Assembly: GCA_002722955.1 (NCBI GenBank)
Contig: PBMZ01000076.1
Span: 11,132-75,131, forward strand
Origin: Planctomycetaceae bacterium
Lineage (GTDB): Bacteria; Planctomycetota; Planctomycetia; Planctomycetales; Planctomycetaceae
Length of the DNA stretch: 64,000 bases
Direction: 5' to 3'
The stretch's first letter is position 1. Every line of letters starts with the position of its first letter. The notes under the pieces were generated by a model. It had not been told where the DNA came from. It saw only the letters and a program-made list of their open reading frames with translations, and searched no databases. This document shows, in pieces, positions 1 to 12,700 of this stretch. Made by a program: the position numbers and the translations under genes.

Positions 1-700
1 GGAGTTCGGAGCGTTGATACCGATGTCATCGATACCGTCGAGGTTGAAGTCACCAACCGTGAAGGCTTGCTCAACAACACCTGGGAATCCGAAGCCAGGA
101 TTGCTGAAGCTGATCGTTGCATCGACATCGTCACCGAAGCCGTCGTTTGCCAAGTCGAAGGTGAAGGTATCCGCGTCGGCTCGGTAAGCACCAAAGTCAT
201 CCAGGCCGTCACCATCGAAGTCACCCACGATCGGTTGTCCGCGGAGAGCCGTGGTGATGGTCAAGTCGCCGGCACCACCGACGTTGTTGTCACCATCGGT
301 ATCCAGGAAGAAGCGAGCACCGTCGAACAAGCCGACTTCGTCGCCAGCATCTGCCGGTCCACCGTTCAAGACGTCAAAGTTACCGGCGACCGGGATGGCA
401 TTGATTTGCTCACTACTGATCGTCGTGACGTCGGTCACACCATCGTTGTCCGTATCCAGAGCGAATCGGAATTGACCGTTGACCAATCCGTAAGCTCCCA
501 ATCGATCGTAGCCGTCATCGACGCCGAAGGCACCCGAGAAGACTTGATCGGTTTCGATACCAACTTCGAAGACAAAGTCACGGTTGGTGGCGTCGACATT
601 GTCGGTATCGAAGTCGAAGTTGCCGTTGATGTCGATCGAGATCAAACCTTGACCGATGATTCCGATTTCAGGTCGGCTATCGATCGTGAAGCGAGCCACG
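1..700 (-). repeat. FG-GAP / VCBS-like repeats of the giant ORF, running off the window
   Basis: Verified translations: TVGDFNLDGIDDIGINAPNS (1-60), GQPIVGDFDGDGLDDFGAYR (181-240), PVAGNFDVLNGGPADAGDEVGLFDG (301-420) and IDINGNFDFDTD (601-660). Confidence 0.75.
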
Positions 701-3700
701 AAGTCCTCGCCCGGTTGTCCGTCACCGGAAGGCAACAGTTGGGCATCGACGCCGGCACCAGTGGCTTGAACGTCGCCGTCCAAAGCGTTGTCTGGGTCGT
801 CGCCAATTCGATCGGTCACGGTCAACGTGTAACGATCATCTGGCAGCAAGAACAGGTCGCCATCGGACTCTGTGAAGGTCACGTCGACAACCGTGGTTGC
901 TCCCGTGGCATCTTGCGTGGTCGAGACAACTGTCGCGGTATCGATCAGGATCGTTCCGCTAGCGTCACCGATCAGTTGGTAGTTGCCTTCGGACTCGGCC
1001 AAGATCGTGTTTACGGCATCGTGGTTGAATCCGCCTTCACGTTCCGTCGGATCGAAGAAGGTGATTCGCAAGCCGCGGACAGGATCATCGGCACCGGCTG
1101 CAGGCTTCGGTGCGAAGACCGAATCGCCGACACCCGCCGTTCCGTCGATTTGCGTCAACTGAGTAACGTTGGTGACCGTCGGGCCTTGCGTGTCGACGAA
1201 GATCGTCAAGGTGTCGATGTCCACCGCGTCTTGCGTGAGGTTACCCGCCACGTCTTCCGCAGTGACCGTCAACGTTCGCAGTCCGTCAAGACCGAGGCCA
1301 AGTTGCGGATCGTTCAAGTTGATGTTCGAGGTGATCGTCCACTCGCCGGTGACATTGTCATCTAGAATGTCGCCACCGAAGGCTTCGTTGCCGTCGAAGG
1401 GCGTCGCCACCGTTTGACCGATCAGCACGCGGTCACCGTTGGTATCGTCGACGAACACTCGAATGATCGAGTCTGCTTCGGCAAGACCGAAGAAGGTCGG
1501 AGTCGAGTCGCTCGTGATGCGATCGGAAAACGTGCCCGCTTGACCGTCGACACCCGAATCGCTTTCGGCAGCCAAGCCATCCGTCATGCTCACAGCATTG
1601 CCAGCATTGTCGGGCAGACCAAAGGCAACCGGCGGCACGATCGTGTCCAGCGTGACTTGCAAGGCGTCGCTGAGTTCACCGCGGCCTTCAACTTCCGGAT
1701 CGGCAGGATCACGGAACCAAGTGGCAGCTTGGATGAAGTTGTTGTGACCTTCTCGCAACTCGCCGTTGTCCAGCGTGATTTGCCATGTTTGCTCAACTTC
1801 AGTGGCGTCGAGCAAGAAGGCGTTACCAATGCTGACACCGTTGTTGAAGACCTCAACACCGTAGTCGAATCCGACCGTTCGCAAGTCATCGTCCGTCGTA
1901 TCTGGCAGCAGGTCGAGGTTTTCGAACTCTTGCAATCGATCGCCATCCAAAATGATGTGGAAGATCGAAGGATCAGGTGTCGGAGTGGTGCTGATGTCAG
2001 CATCATCCGTTGTGGCATCATCATCGAAGGCGGTGATGTCGTCTGTGTTGCTGCGGCCACTGTCCGTGCCAGCAGTCAGATCGACAAGCTCAGGAATCGG
2101 TGCTTCAACGTTGACGACGGTGAAGTTGTAAACGTTGATCGAATCGACCGTGTCACCAACAACTTGCAAGAAGTAAGTTTGGTTGCGGATGACAGGAATG
2201 GTGACTCGCTCACCAATCACGTTGCCAGCCGGATCCGTAAGGTCGGTTCCTTCAGCAACGTCGCCAGCGTCGTTTTCAACAACTCGACCAGTGGTTGCCA
2301 AGAAGACACCGTCCGAATCGAAGATGTTGATGTTCAAGTCACCGTCACCCGGCAGACCAGCTCGACCGTTGCCAAGCGTCGCAACTTCATCGAAGTAGAT
2401 TTGGAAGTCCAAGGTTCCTGTCTCAGCAGCAACGAATTGGAAGAAGTCGTTGTCGCCCGGAACACCGAAGGCTGCCAATCCACCTGGATCGATGGTCGGA
2501 TCAACATTGATTGTCGCACCCGAGCCAAGGAACGTGGCGTTAGCCAAGCTGTTGTTGGCTTCGAAACCATCTGGCTTGAAGACAACCAAGCGGCCTTCAC
2601 TGTCTGTTCCCGTGCCAGCAGTGATGTTGTTGAACGGTGTCACGTCGGTGAACTCAACACCGCTGTAAACAACTGGTGCCAAGGCTCCGACGGTGAACGT
2701 TCCGGTTCGATCGTCTTGACCGACGCGTTGGATGATCGTGTCACCAATGCCTTCGTCGTTAACGATCAAGCGATCACCGAACGCGTTCGGGTCGCCAGCA
2801 TTCACGGTGAACTGCAAGCTTGAGGCTTCCGTACCGGCAGCAATCAAAGCGTCGCTTGGAGTGACACTGATGATGTCATCGCCAAGGCCACCGTTGATTT
2901 CGGCTTCTTCGACCGTGTCGTCGACCAAGGTATCGGTCTCGACCGTACCATTCGTGTCGTGGACCAAGGTCGTGGCATTCGTTTGAGACACGATGAACTG
3001 ATCAGCATCCGAGGTGCCATCGATTTGGATCGTATCGAATCCGCCACCACCGTCGATGGTGTCGTTGCCTGTTCCGCCGATGAAGGTGTCTTCACCGCCG
3101 CCACCCGACATGTCGTCGTCGCCACCTTCACCAAGCAGGAAGTCGTTGCCATCGCCACCGGTCATGGTGTCGTTCGCACCGCCACCTGCCAACAGGTCCT
3201 CGCCAGTGCCGCCCGAGATTTCGTCTTGGCCGGAACCGCCTTGGATCGTGTCGTTGCCAGCACCACCAGCCAGCGTCGCGTTGGCGTCTGTTGACGTGTT
3301 GTTCTCAGTGGTCAAGACGTCGTCACCCGAGTTACCTCGAAGAACAATGTTGATGTTGTCTTCGACGTTCTCACCCGCGTTGATCGTGTCGTCACCTTGG
3401 CGACCATTGACGGTCAAGGTGTCGGCATCGGCAGGAACTCCACCATCGATGTTGATGTCGTAAGCCAATCCGCTGACAGTGATCGTATCCGCGGCAGCAG
3501 GTGCCGTGATTGCGATGTCGTCATCGTTCGTGCGGCCTTCAACCGTGACGGTCTCGGCATCACCACCGGCTCCGAAGTCGATGTTGATCAAGTCGACGCT
3601 GGTTTGAGTCAGATCGTCGATTTGAACGTCTTCGGTACCCGTATCACCGTTGATATCAATTTGTTCAACGTTGGTGATGTCGAGGTCAACGCCACCTTGA

Positions 3701-6700
3701 GTTCGTTGCAGCAGAGTGCGAACCGAGTCGTTGTCTTCAACCGCCGACAATGTGAAGTCTTCGTCAGCAACCGTGCCAGCATCGGCACCGTTGAAGATCA
3801 CCACATCCGAACCGCTGCCGCCTTCGATCGTGTCGTCGGCGTCGCCTTGGTTCCAGATGAAGGTATCGCTGCCATCGCCACCGTTGAAGACATCGGCACC
3901 GCCGTCACCGGTTACTTGGTCGTTACCAGTCCCGCCGTCGATCGTGTCATCACCATCGTCAGCAAGCGTTGCTCCACCACCATTGTCACCAGCAATGATG
4001 TCGTTTCCGCTACCACCGAAGATCAGGTCGTTACCGTCGTTACCTTGAACATTGTCGAGGCCGGCTCCAGCGTCGATCGTATCGTCGCCTGTACCACCAG
4101 TAATCACGTCGCGGCCGCTGTCGGCGTTGATCGCGACACCAACCGAGTCGACTCCGCTAACATCGACCGTGTCAGCTCCGATGCCGCTGTTGATCGTCAA
4201 TTCGTGAGCAATGTCGTCGTTGAAGGTGACCGAGTCGTTACCTTCACCCGTATTCACAGTCATCGAACTCAGATTGCCGTTCGTGTAGTCAATGCTTTGA
4301 CCGTTAAAGGCAACCGTGTCGGTGTTTGCCGTGACGGTGTCGTCCTCGGTCGTGCCGTTCAAGATCAGGTCGTCATCGTCCGCCGGGTTGGTAGCGAAGA
4401 TCACGGCGTCAGCCGTGCTGAGGTTTGTCGGCTCGACAGTAAGCGTGTCATCGCTGCCCGCTGTATCCGCATCGATCGTGATACTGTCAAAGCTTCCGGT
4501 GACTTCGATCGGCGTCAAGTTGTCGCCCGTGATGCGATCACCTTCGGCTCCCGGTGCGACGAGGATGTTGTCATCAGCGTCGGTGTCGTTGACGACCAAG
4601 ATGTCTTGATCGGCATCCGTACCGGTAACAGCCAACTCATCAATACCGATGTAAACCACGCTCAGTGCGGCTCCACCAGAATCGACGCCAATCGTACCCG
4701 TTCCAATGACATCCGGAATCATAATTCCCGTGATGGTCGCTTCACCTTGGCTGACAGTGATCGTGTCGTCCTCGGCCGCCAAGTCGTTGATCGTCAAGAC
4801 ATCGGCAGTACCCGAGTCATTACCGATCACGTTAACGATTTCCAATCCGTCCAAAGCGTTGTCAGCGTTGATGTCAAATGCATCGTCGCCACCGAGACCG
4901 TCGAGAGTGATCTCGCGGATGCTGACCGGATCGATCGGCACTCGCGTTCCGTTTTCGTTGAACACGGCAACCGTTCCGTCTCCGTCATTATTTTGGATGA
5001 ACAAGTCATCGCCGGCCGAACCAATCACCACCAAAACATCGTCTTCGGCTCCACCGTCAACGATCAACTCGCCAGCGGTCGAGATGTTGGTGTAATTGAT
5101 GCCAAGCAGCGTATCGACCGTGTTGCCAGCATTGATTTCGCCAACAACGACTCGACCCGAGCTTGAATCTGCACCCGGCGTCGCGACGATTCGGTTGGCA
5201 GCCGCCGAACCATTAACCGTCAAGACATCGGCTTCGTCTTCCGCATCGTAGTTCAAGTCTTCCGTGCCGGTCAGAGTGATCGACAAGCCGTCAACAGCCA
5301 ACGTTGCAGCATTCGTCGTTCCAGTTGCAGGACTGTACGTGACAGTTGCGTCTCCGGTGTCACCCGTCACGCTAACGATATCAGCGTTTCCAGCACCGGC
5401 AGTAATCGTCAGACCGCCAGCCAAGTCAGCGTCACCATCGACGAGGATATCGTCGTCACCGTCACCAGCTTGGATCGTTACGGCTGTTTTGTTGTCGAAC
5501 GTGATCGATTCGAAGTTATCGATCTCGATCAATCCATCACCAGCCTCTGTGTCGTCAACATCAGTCAAGGTGATGTCGTTGTCATCACCAGTCGCGACAA
5601 CCGTCAACGGACCTGCAACGTTGTCCGTCACAGGCTCAAGCCCGGTGAAGGTCACCAACTGCGTATCACCGTTGAACACAATGCTGCTCGTCCCCGAAGT
5701 CTCATTCGGGCCGACAGTGTACGTGTTGCTGGTGACGGTATTGGTGCCTTCCAAGACCAGATCATCGCTGCCTTCACCGCCGTCGTACTCGATGCCTTCC
5801 GAGACACTCACGGCACCGTCGGTTGCATCGACGGTCAAGGTGTCGTCACCCAAGCCGCCTTCAACCACGATGTTCGTGATGTTCGTGCCTGCCAAGCCAA
5901 CATAGGTCGTGTCGACACCGTTGATCGAAACAGTCAAATCACCATTGGCTTCCGAATCCAACTCGAACGTGTCGTTGCCGTCGGTTCCCGTCACCAAGAT
6001 TTGATTCGTTCCACCAGCAGCATTCGTCACCGTGTCGGTTCCGCCACCTGGGATAAAGGTGTCGTTACCGGCATCACCGTTGACCGTGTTCGTTCCCGTT
6101 CCTGGGCTCAGAACATCGTCGCCAGCACCACCGTTGATCGTGCTGTCTTGTCCGTCTTGGCCGGTAAGGTTGTCGTCACCGTCGCCGCCGTTGGTCAAGT
6201 CAGCGCCGGAGATCACGTCGTTGCCAGCACCACCGTTGACAGTGACACCGATGTTGTCGAGCGTCGCCACATCGATCGTGACCACGTCGTCGCCTTCATT
6301 CGCATCGATCGTAAACGTGTCTTGATCGGTATCGTCCGAGTTAGTGACGTTGATATCGTACTTAAGTCCTTGCAACGTCACCGTGCCGCCGGTTTCTGTG
6401 AGTGCCAAGTTGTCGGCATCCGTACGGCCTTCAACAGTGATCGAGTCGGCTGCGGCATCGTCGACGCCGTTGCCTTCCAAGTTGATGTTCAACGTATCCA
6501 GTTGGGTCGTGCTCAAATCGTTGACTTGAACCGTTTCCACTCCACCGGCATCCGCGTCGCCAGCGTCAACGCCGTTGATGTCCAGTTGCTCGACGCCTTC
6601 GATCGACAAGTTCACGCCACCTTGAGTCCGATCCAACTCGACCCGGCCACCCGTGCCGGCACTGACCGTGAAGTTCTCCGTACCGCCCGCTTCGTTAGCG

Positions 6701-9700
6701 TTCGCTCCGTTGAAGATCACTTGGTCGTCGCCGTCTTCACCTTCGATCGTGTCGTTGTTGTCACCTTGGAACCAAGTGAAGACATCACTTCCGGCTCCAC
6801 CGAAGAATACGTCGTTGCCAGCGTCGCCTTGGACCGTGTCGTTACCGTCGCCGGAATTGATCGTGTCGTCGCCGTCGTCGGTTTGATTGGCTCCGCCGTC
6901 GTCGCCGTTGATGACATCGTTTCCGGCACCCGTCGTGATCAGATCGGCTCCGTTGCCACCGTTGATGGTGTTGTCGCCACCCGTGCTGGTGATCACGTCG
7001 TCGGCGTCGTCGCCGTCGATGGTGTCGTTTCCGTCGCCCGTGTCGATCACGTCAGCTCCAGCACCACCGGCAACCGTGTTGTTGCCACTACCCGCATCGA
7101 TCACGTCGGCTTGACCCGATCCCGTGATGTTGTCGTCGCCGGCTCCACCGTTGACAGTCACTGTGCTTGTCGCGGCACTGGCATCAACTGTGTCGTTGCC
7201 GCCAGCGGTATTAATCCGCACGTCGTCTGTAATGGCTCCGGTTGTGACCGAGTCGTTGCCTTCTAAGGTGTTGATGGTGTAATCATCCAAGGCACCAGCC
7301 GTGTAGACCAAGTCCACACCGTTGACGTCCAACGTTCCGTCGGTACCGGCCACCGTGTCGTTGCCGTCGCCGGAGTTGACCGTCAGGTCGTTGTTACCTT
7401 CGTTGGCATCGATGGTGTAGGTGTAAGTTGTGGCGTTCGCCAATCCGAGGGCATTCACCGTTAGCGAGTCGTCGCCGCCTTGGCCGTTGATCGCGAAGTC
7501 AGTAACGTCGCCGGTCAAGGTCACGGTTGGAATGTCGGCTCCAACCAACACGTCGCCATTAGCTCCGGCGGACAAGGTCAGATCGTCATCTGCGCCCGTG
7601 GCACTCACGGTCAAGCTATCTCCGTCGTCAGCTTCGCCGTTGACGGTGACCGAATTGAATCCGTCGTAGTTCGTGTCGCCAGCCGAGTTGGCTTCGGTGA
7701 CTTGGCCTGTGTTCGCATCAGCGACGACCAAGGTGTAATCATCATCAGTAGCTGCACGATGCTGGATCGCCAGCGAGTCGCTGCCGGAACCGTCCAAGTT
7801 CACGGTCGTGCCCGTCGTCGGCGTGACAGTCGCACTGTCGATGCCATCGCCAAGGTCACCGTTGATCGTTGTCGCACCGTTGCCATCGACAACTGTAAAG
7901 CTGTCATCGCCAGCACCCGTCGCAACATTGATCGTCGTGGCTCCGTCACCATCCGTGATCGTGACGTCATCGTCGCCGTCGATCGTGTTGATCGTCAACG
8001 TTTCGTTGTTGTCAATCGTGAAGGCTTGGCCGTTCACGGTGACCGTGTCGTCGTTGACGTCGACCGTATCCAAGCTGTTCGTGCCATTGACGGTGACCGA
8101 GTCAGTAGCCGTGCCGTCGAGGTCGATCGTCACCGATTCCGCACCCGTGAAGGTCACTGGACTGCTCGAGTTGAATTGGAAGGTTCCGCTGTCGTTGCCA
8201 GCCGGAGTCAAGACAACCGAATCGGCGGTAGCGTTGCCATCGTCGTTGGCCGTCAAAGTGTCGGCATCACCCAAGCCAACCAACTCGACCGATTCCGCGT
8301 CAGTAATGTTGACCGTTGCGCCGTTGATGCCAACAGTGCTGTCGGCGTCTACCGTCGCACTTGGGTGGTAAGTAAAGGTGTCAGCACCGGCAGTACCTGT
8401 CACTTCGACGTTGTCACTGGCACCGGGCGATCCGGCGTTGACGTCGAACGTGTCGAAATTAGTGGCCGCGTTTCGAGCGATGGTGATCGAGTCGTCGCCG
8501 TCGCCAGCGTTGAAGGTTACAGTACTTGCATCCGTGAAGTTCAGCAGGCTGATGGCTACGCTGCTAATGCTCACGGTTGCGTCGTCGGAGTTGGCTGCAT
8601 CACCCGTGAAGCTGATTTGGTCAGCGCCACCGGTTGCGTTCAAGGTCACGGCATCGGCATTGGCTCCAGCACCAGCATCAAGTTCGACCAATTCGATTCC
8701 GCTGTAGCTCGTCGCGGCTCCATCCACAACACCTGTGCCAGTACCGGCTTCGGAACCTGGAGTCAGCGTGAACGCCGCGTCGGCATCGGCCGAGGTCAAG
8801 GTCAAGGTGTCGCTCGCACCGGGCTCACCACCATCGACTTGAATCGTCGAAGGTCCGCCTGTTCCGCTGACCGTGATGTCGTCATCCGCCAAGCCCGTCG
8901 AGAGATTCAACGTGTCTTGGTTGCTGACTGTGACAGTGATGCCCGCATTGAAGGCCACCGTACCAGCAGTACGGTCGACGGTCACGGTATCAGCAAGAGC
9001 AGTACCGTTGACGTTCACTGTGTCATCGCCGCTGATACCATCAGCTTCGATATCTGTTGAAGCATCAAGGTTGAAGCTTGGACCGCTATTGATTTGAGCA
9101 GTACCATCGGCGTTAACAACGATCGTGTCGTCACCTGTCGTGCCGTCCAAATCGACGGCACCATCACCCATCACGGTGATGTTTTCGATACCGGTTTGAT
9201 TCACAACACCCGTGCCAACAGTGACGGAACCATTCGTCACTGTTGCGGCGGTTGAGGCCTGTTGAATGGTCAGGCTGTCGTTGTCGTTGTTACCGCCATT
9301 GACGTTGGCCGTGAAGCCAGCGGATGGTGTCACGTCGGCGGTGTCGTCGCCGTCTAAGAGATCAAGGGTCACGGTTTCTTGGCTGGCCAATGTGTAAGCT
9401 CGACCGTTGACCGTCAGCGAAGCACTGGTCAAGGTCACGCTGTCGTTGTCGGCACTTCCCGTCAAGACAACCGTGTCATCATCGTCGGCGTCGCCCGTCA
9501 AGGTGATCGTGCTGCCGATATTTTGGAAGGCAACTGGCAGGCCACCATCGACTTGAATCGTTCCACTGCTCGCCGAGAGGCTCTGCAATGCAAACGTCGA
9601 GCCAGCGGCATCGCCAGTGACGTTCAAGGTGTCCGTGCCGCCGTTACCGTCGATGGTCAGGGCTTCTTCGTTGGTCACGTTGAAGGTAGCTGTGTTAGTG

Positions 9701-12700
9701 GTTGATGCAACCGTTACCACACCAGTCGCGGCCGCGAAGGTAATGCCATCGTTGCCGGTATCACCCAAGATGACCACGCTGTCGCTGGCAGTCGGGGCAC
9801 CCAAATCGACGTTGAACGTCGTGAAGTTGCCGTCGTTAGCAGCCAAGCTGACATTGTCGTCGCCGTCACCTGTATTCAGGTTAAACGTCGAGGCCGCTCC
9901 CGCATCGACGATCGAGATCGGAGCAAATTCACCGACGGTGACAGATGCGTCGTCAGCGTTCGCGCCACCGGTGAAGGTTGCTTCATCCGCATCGCCGCTT
10001 CCTGTAACGGTCACGCTAATGGTTGTGTTATTACCATCCAGAGTGATGGCTTCAACGTCGGTGAATGCTGTCGAACCACCTGCAGTATTGCCGTTGACGT
10101 CAACTGCACCAGATTCGCCATCGGCACCTTCCGTCACCACAAACGCAGCATTGTCGTCTTCGAGGATCAAGGTGTCGCCGCCGGAACCGGTATCGACACT
10201 CACCGAGACACCGTTGGTCTCAACATCGCTGACCGTAACCGTATCATCTCCAAGGCCCGTCGAGATTTGCAAGTTCTCGCTGGCGGCCACCAACGTGGTC
10301 GTCACACCATTCGCTGTGATTTGCGTGTTGTTGTTGGCATCGTCGCGATCAACAGACACGGTATCGTTACCGCTCGTACCGTTGACGATCACCAAATCTT
10401 CGTTGCCACCGGCGCCATCGACAGTGATGTTGGTCGAACCGTTCAGCTCGACCACGCTACCGTTGATGTCAACCGTACCGTCGCTGGGATTGATGACGAA
10501 TGTGTCATCGTTGGCCGTTCCCGTCAGAACGATGTCACCATCGCCGGTGATTGCCAAACTGGTGCCACCGAAGGTCACCGCGCCGGCGGTATTTGTTCCG
10601 TCATCGATCACAACAGAATTTGACGTAATCGTGGCGTTGTCGCCACCGGTCGCAACCGTCAAGCTGTCGTCGCCATTGCCGTTGATATCGAAGGTGACGC
10701 CGTCTGATGAGTCGCCTTCAGTTGTCGGCGTGACCGTGATGGAATCCGATCCCGATGTGAGATCGAAGGAAATGCTTTCGATGCGAGTTGCATCGGTCGA
10801 CGTATCCAGATTGATCGGTGCCAATCCATTAATCGTGATCTGATCTGGTGAGGCCGTAATTGTCGTATCGCCCGCGATGTCGCCGATCGACAGCGAGTCA
10901 CCCGCGGCAGCTCCACCAGTCAGGTCGATTTCTTCGGCGGAAGTGATGCCAGTGAACGTTACAGGAATTGCACCGGCGGTAATCGTTCCAGCACCAGTCG
11001 CACCAGGGGTAAACGCGAACGCTGTCGCGGTTGCTGGTGCCGTAATGTCCAACGCTGTCGCGCTCGCCGCGTGAGTGGTACCGTCATCGACGACGTTCAC
11101 TGCTTCAAACGTTTCCAAGCTAACGGCGATCGATGCGCCTGCGGCGTTGTCAATGACACCGGAAAGCGTATTCGCGGCAAGATCAAGCGCCACTGGGGAA
11201 GTGGCATCGTCATCGCTGACGGCAGAAATCGTATCTGTTCCGCTGCCACCTTGAACTGTGAAGTTGGTCAATCCCGCCGCACCGTTGGTCGCCGGATTGT
11301 TCAAGGTGATCGTGTCGTCGCCATCACCAGCGGCGATCACCAAGTTGGTCTTATTGGAGAACTCGTAAGTCTCGAAACTATCGACGGCAACCAAACCGTT
11401 GCCACCGTTGTTCGAATAAGTAATCGAGTTATTCGCAGCCGTCCCGTTGATGGTCAAGTTCGTCGCCGTCGTGGTGTCGACGACGGGTTCCAATCCCGTG
11501 AACAAGATCGTTTGCGCGTCGTGCGTGATCGTTCCGGCGTCGTCGGTCGGTCCCGGCGTGTAAGCAACGTTTGTAATACCGTTTCCATTGTTGTCGCCGG
11601 TGATGTTCAAGTCATCGTCGCCGTCACCGCCATTAAAGGTTGTCGTTCCGGTCAACAAGTCGGTCGCCGTGCTGTCAACAGTGACAGCGTCGTCGCCATC
11701 GCCACCATTGATGACAAGTGGTCCGTTGCCGTCGAAGTCAACCTGCACGGAAGCTGTGCCACTGATTGTTGGAACAACAGTTGTGCCGCCGGCTGCGGTC
11801 ACGGTAAAGGAATCATTACCAACCGAACCCGCGATCTGTACTTCGTCGTCGGCGTCGGTATCCAATGTCAAACTGCCAGCGTTGTCATTCAGACCACTAA
11901 TGTCGAGGTCCGGTGATCCGTTGCGAGAAACCGTTGCATTCGTTCCGTTGATCGGAGTCACGACTAACGTATTAGCACCAGCGACAAGAGCAATGTCGAT
12001 CGTGTCCGCATCGTCATCGTCGTCATCACCACCGTTGATACTGATGCTGGTCAAGTTTGTGCTGGCACCGTATCCAGAAATGTTGACATCGTTGTCTGTG
12101 TCGTCTTGACCGATGACGCTTAAGCCTTCGATGCTGCTGTCGAGCGTGATGACACCGTCGGCAATACCCGTCAATGTTCCGTCAGCCAAATTGATATCGG
12201 CATCGGTCGCGCCATCAACGTTTGCATTGACTGAATCGTCGCCGTCGCCACCAACAAAGCTTACTGCTTCGTCCAGCGTTGAACCTTGCAGGATCGTGAA
12301 GGTATCGTCGCCACCGGCAGCGTTAAAGGTCGAGCTTTCGATCGCGGTTGTGGTCACGCCAACTTGGCTATTCAAGTTGATCGTACCGTTCGCCGCCAAG
12401 GAAAACGTGTCGTTGTTTTCACCAGCGTTGTAAGTGAACGAGCTGGCTCCACCACTACCGGTTAGCGCCAATGTGCCGCCAGTTCCGATATCTTGGAAGG
12501 CAATCGGAGCACGCTGATCGACTTGAACGGTACCACGGTCTTCAGCCGTTCCCGGAGTCAACGTGAAGGTGTCGGACGTTCCATCGCTGTCTTCGATTTG
12601 CAGCGTGTCATCTCCGCCACCGCCATCGATAACATGAGTTTCGATCGAGTCATCTAAGTCGACGACCGCATTCGCACCCGTCACCGTGATTTCGGAGTTC

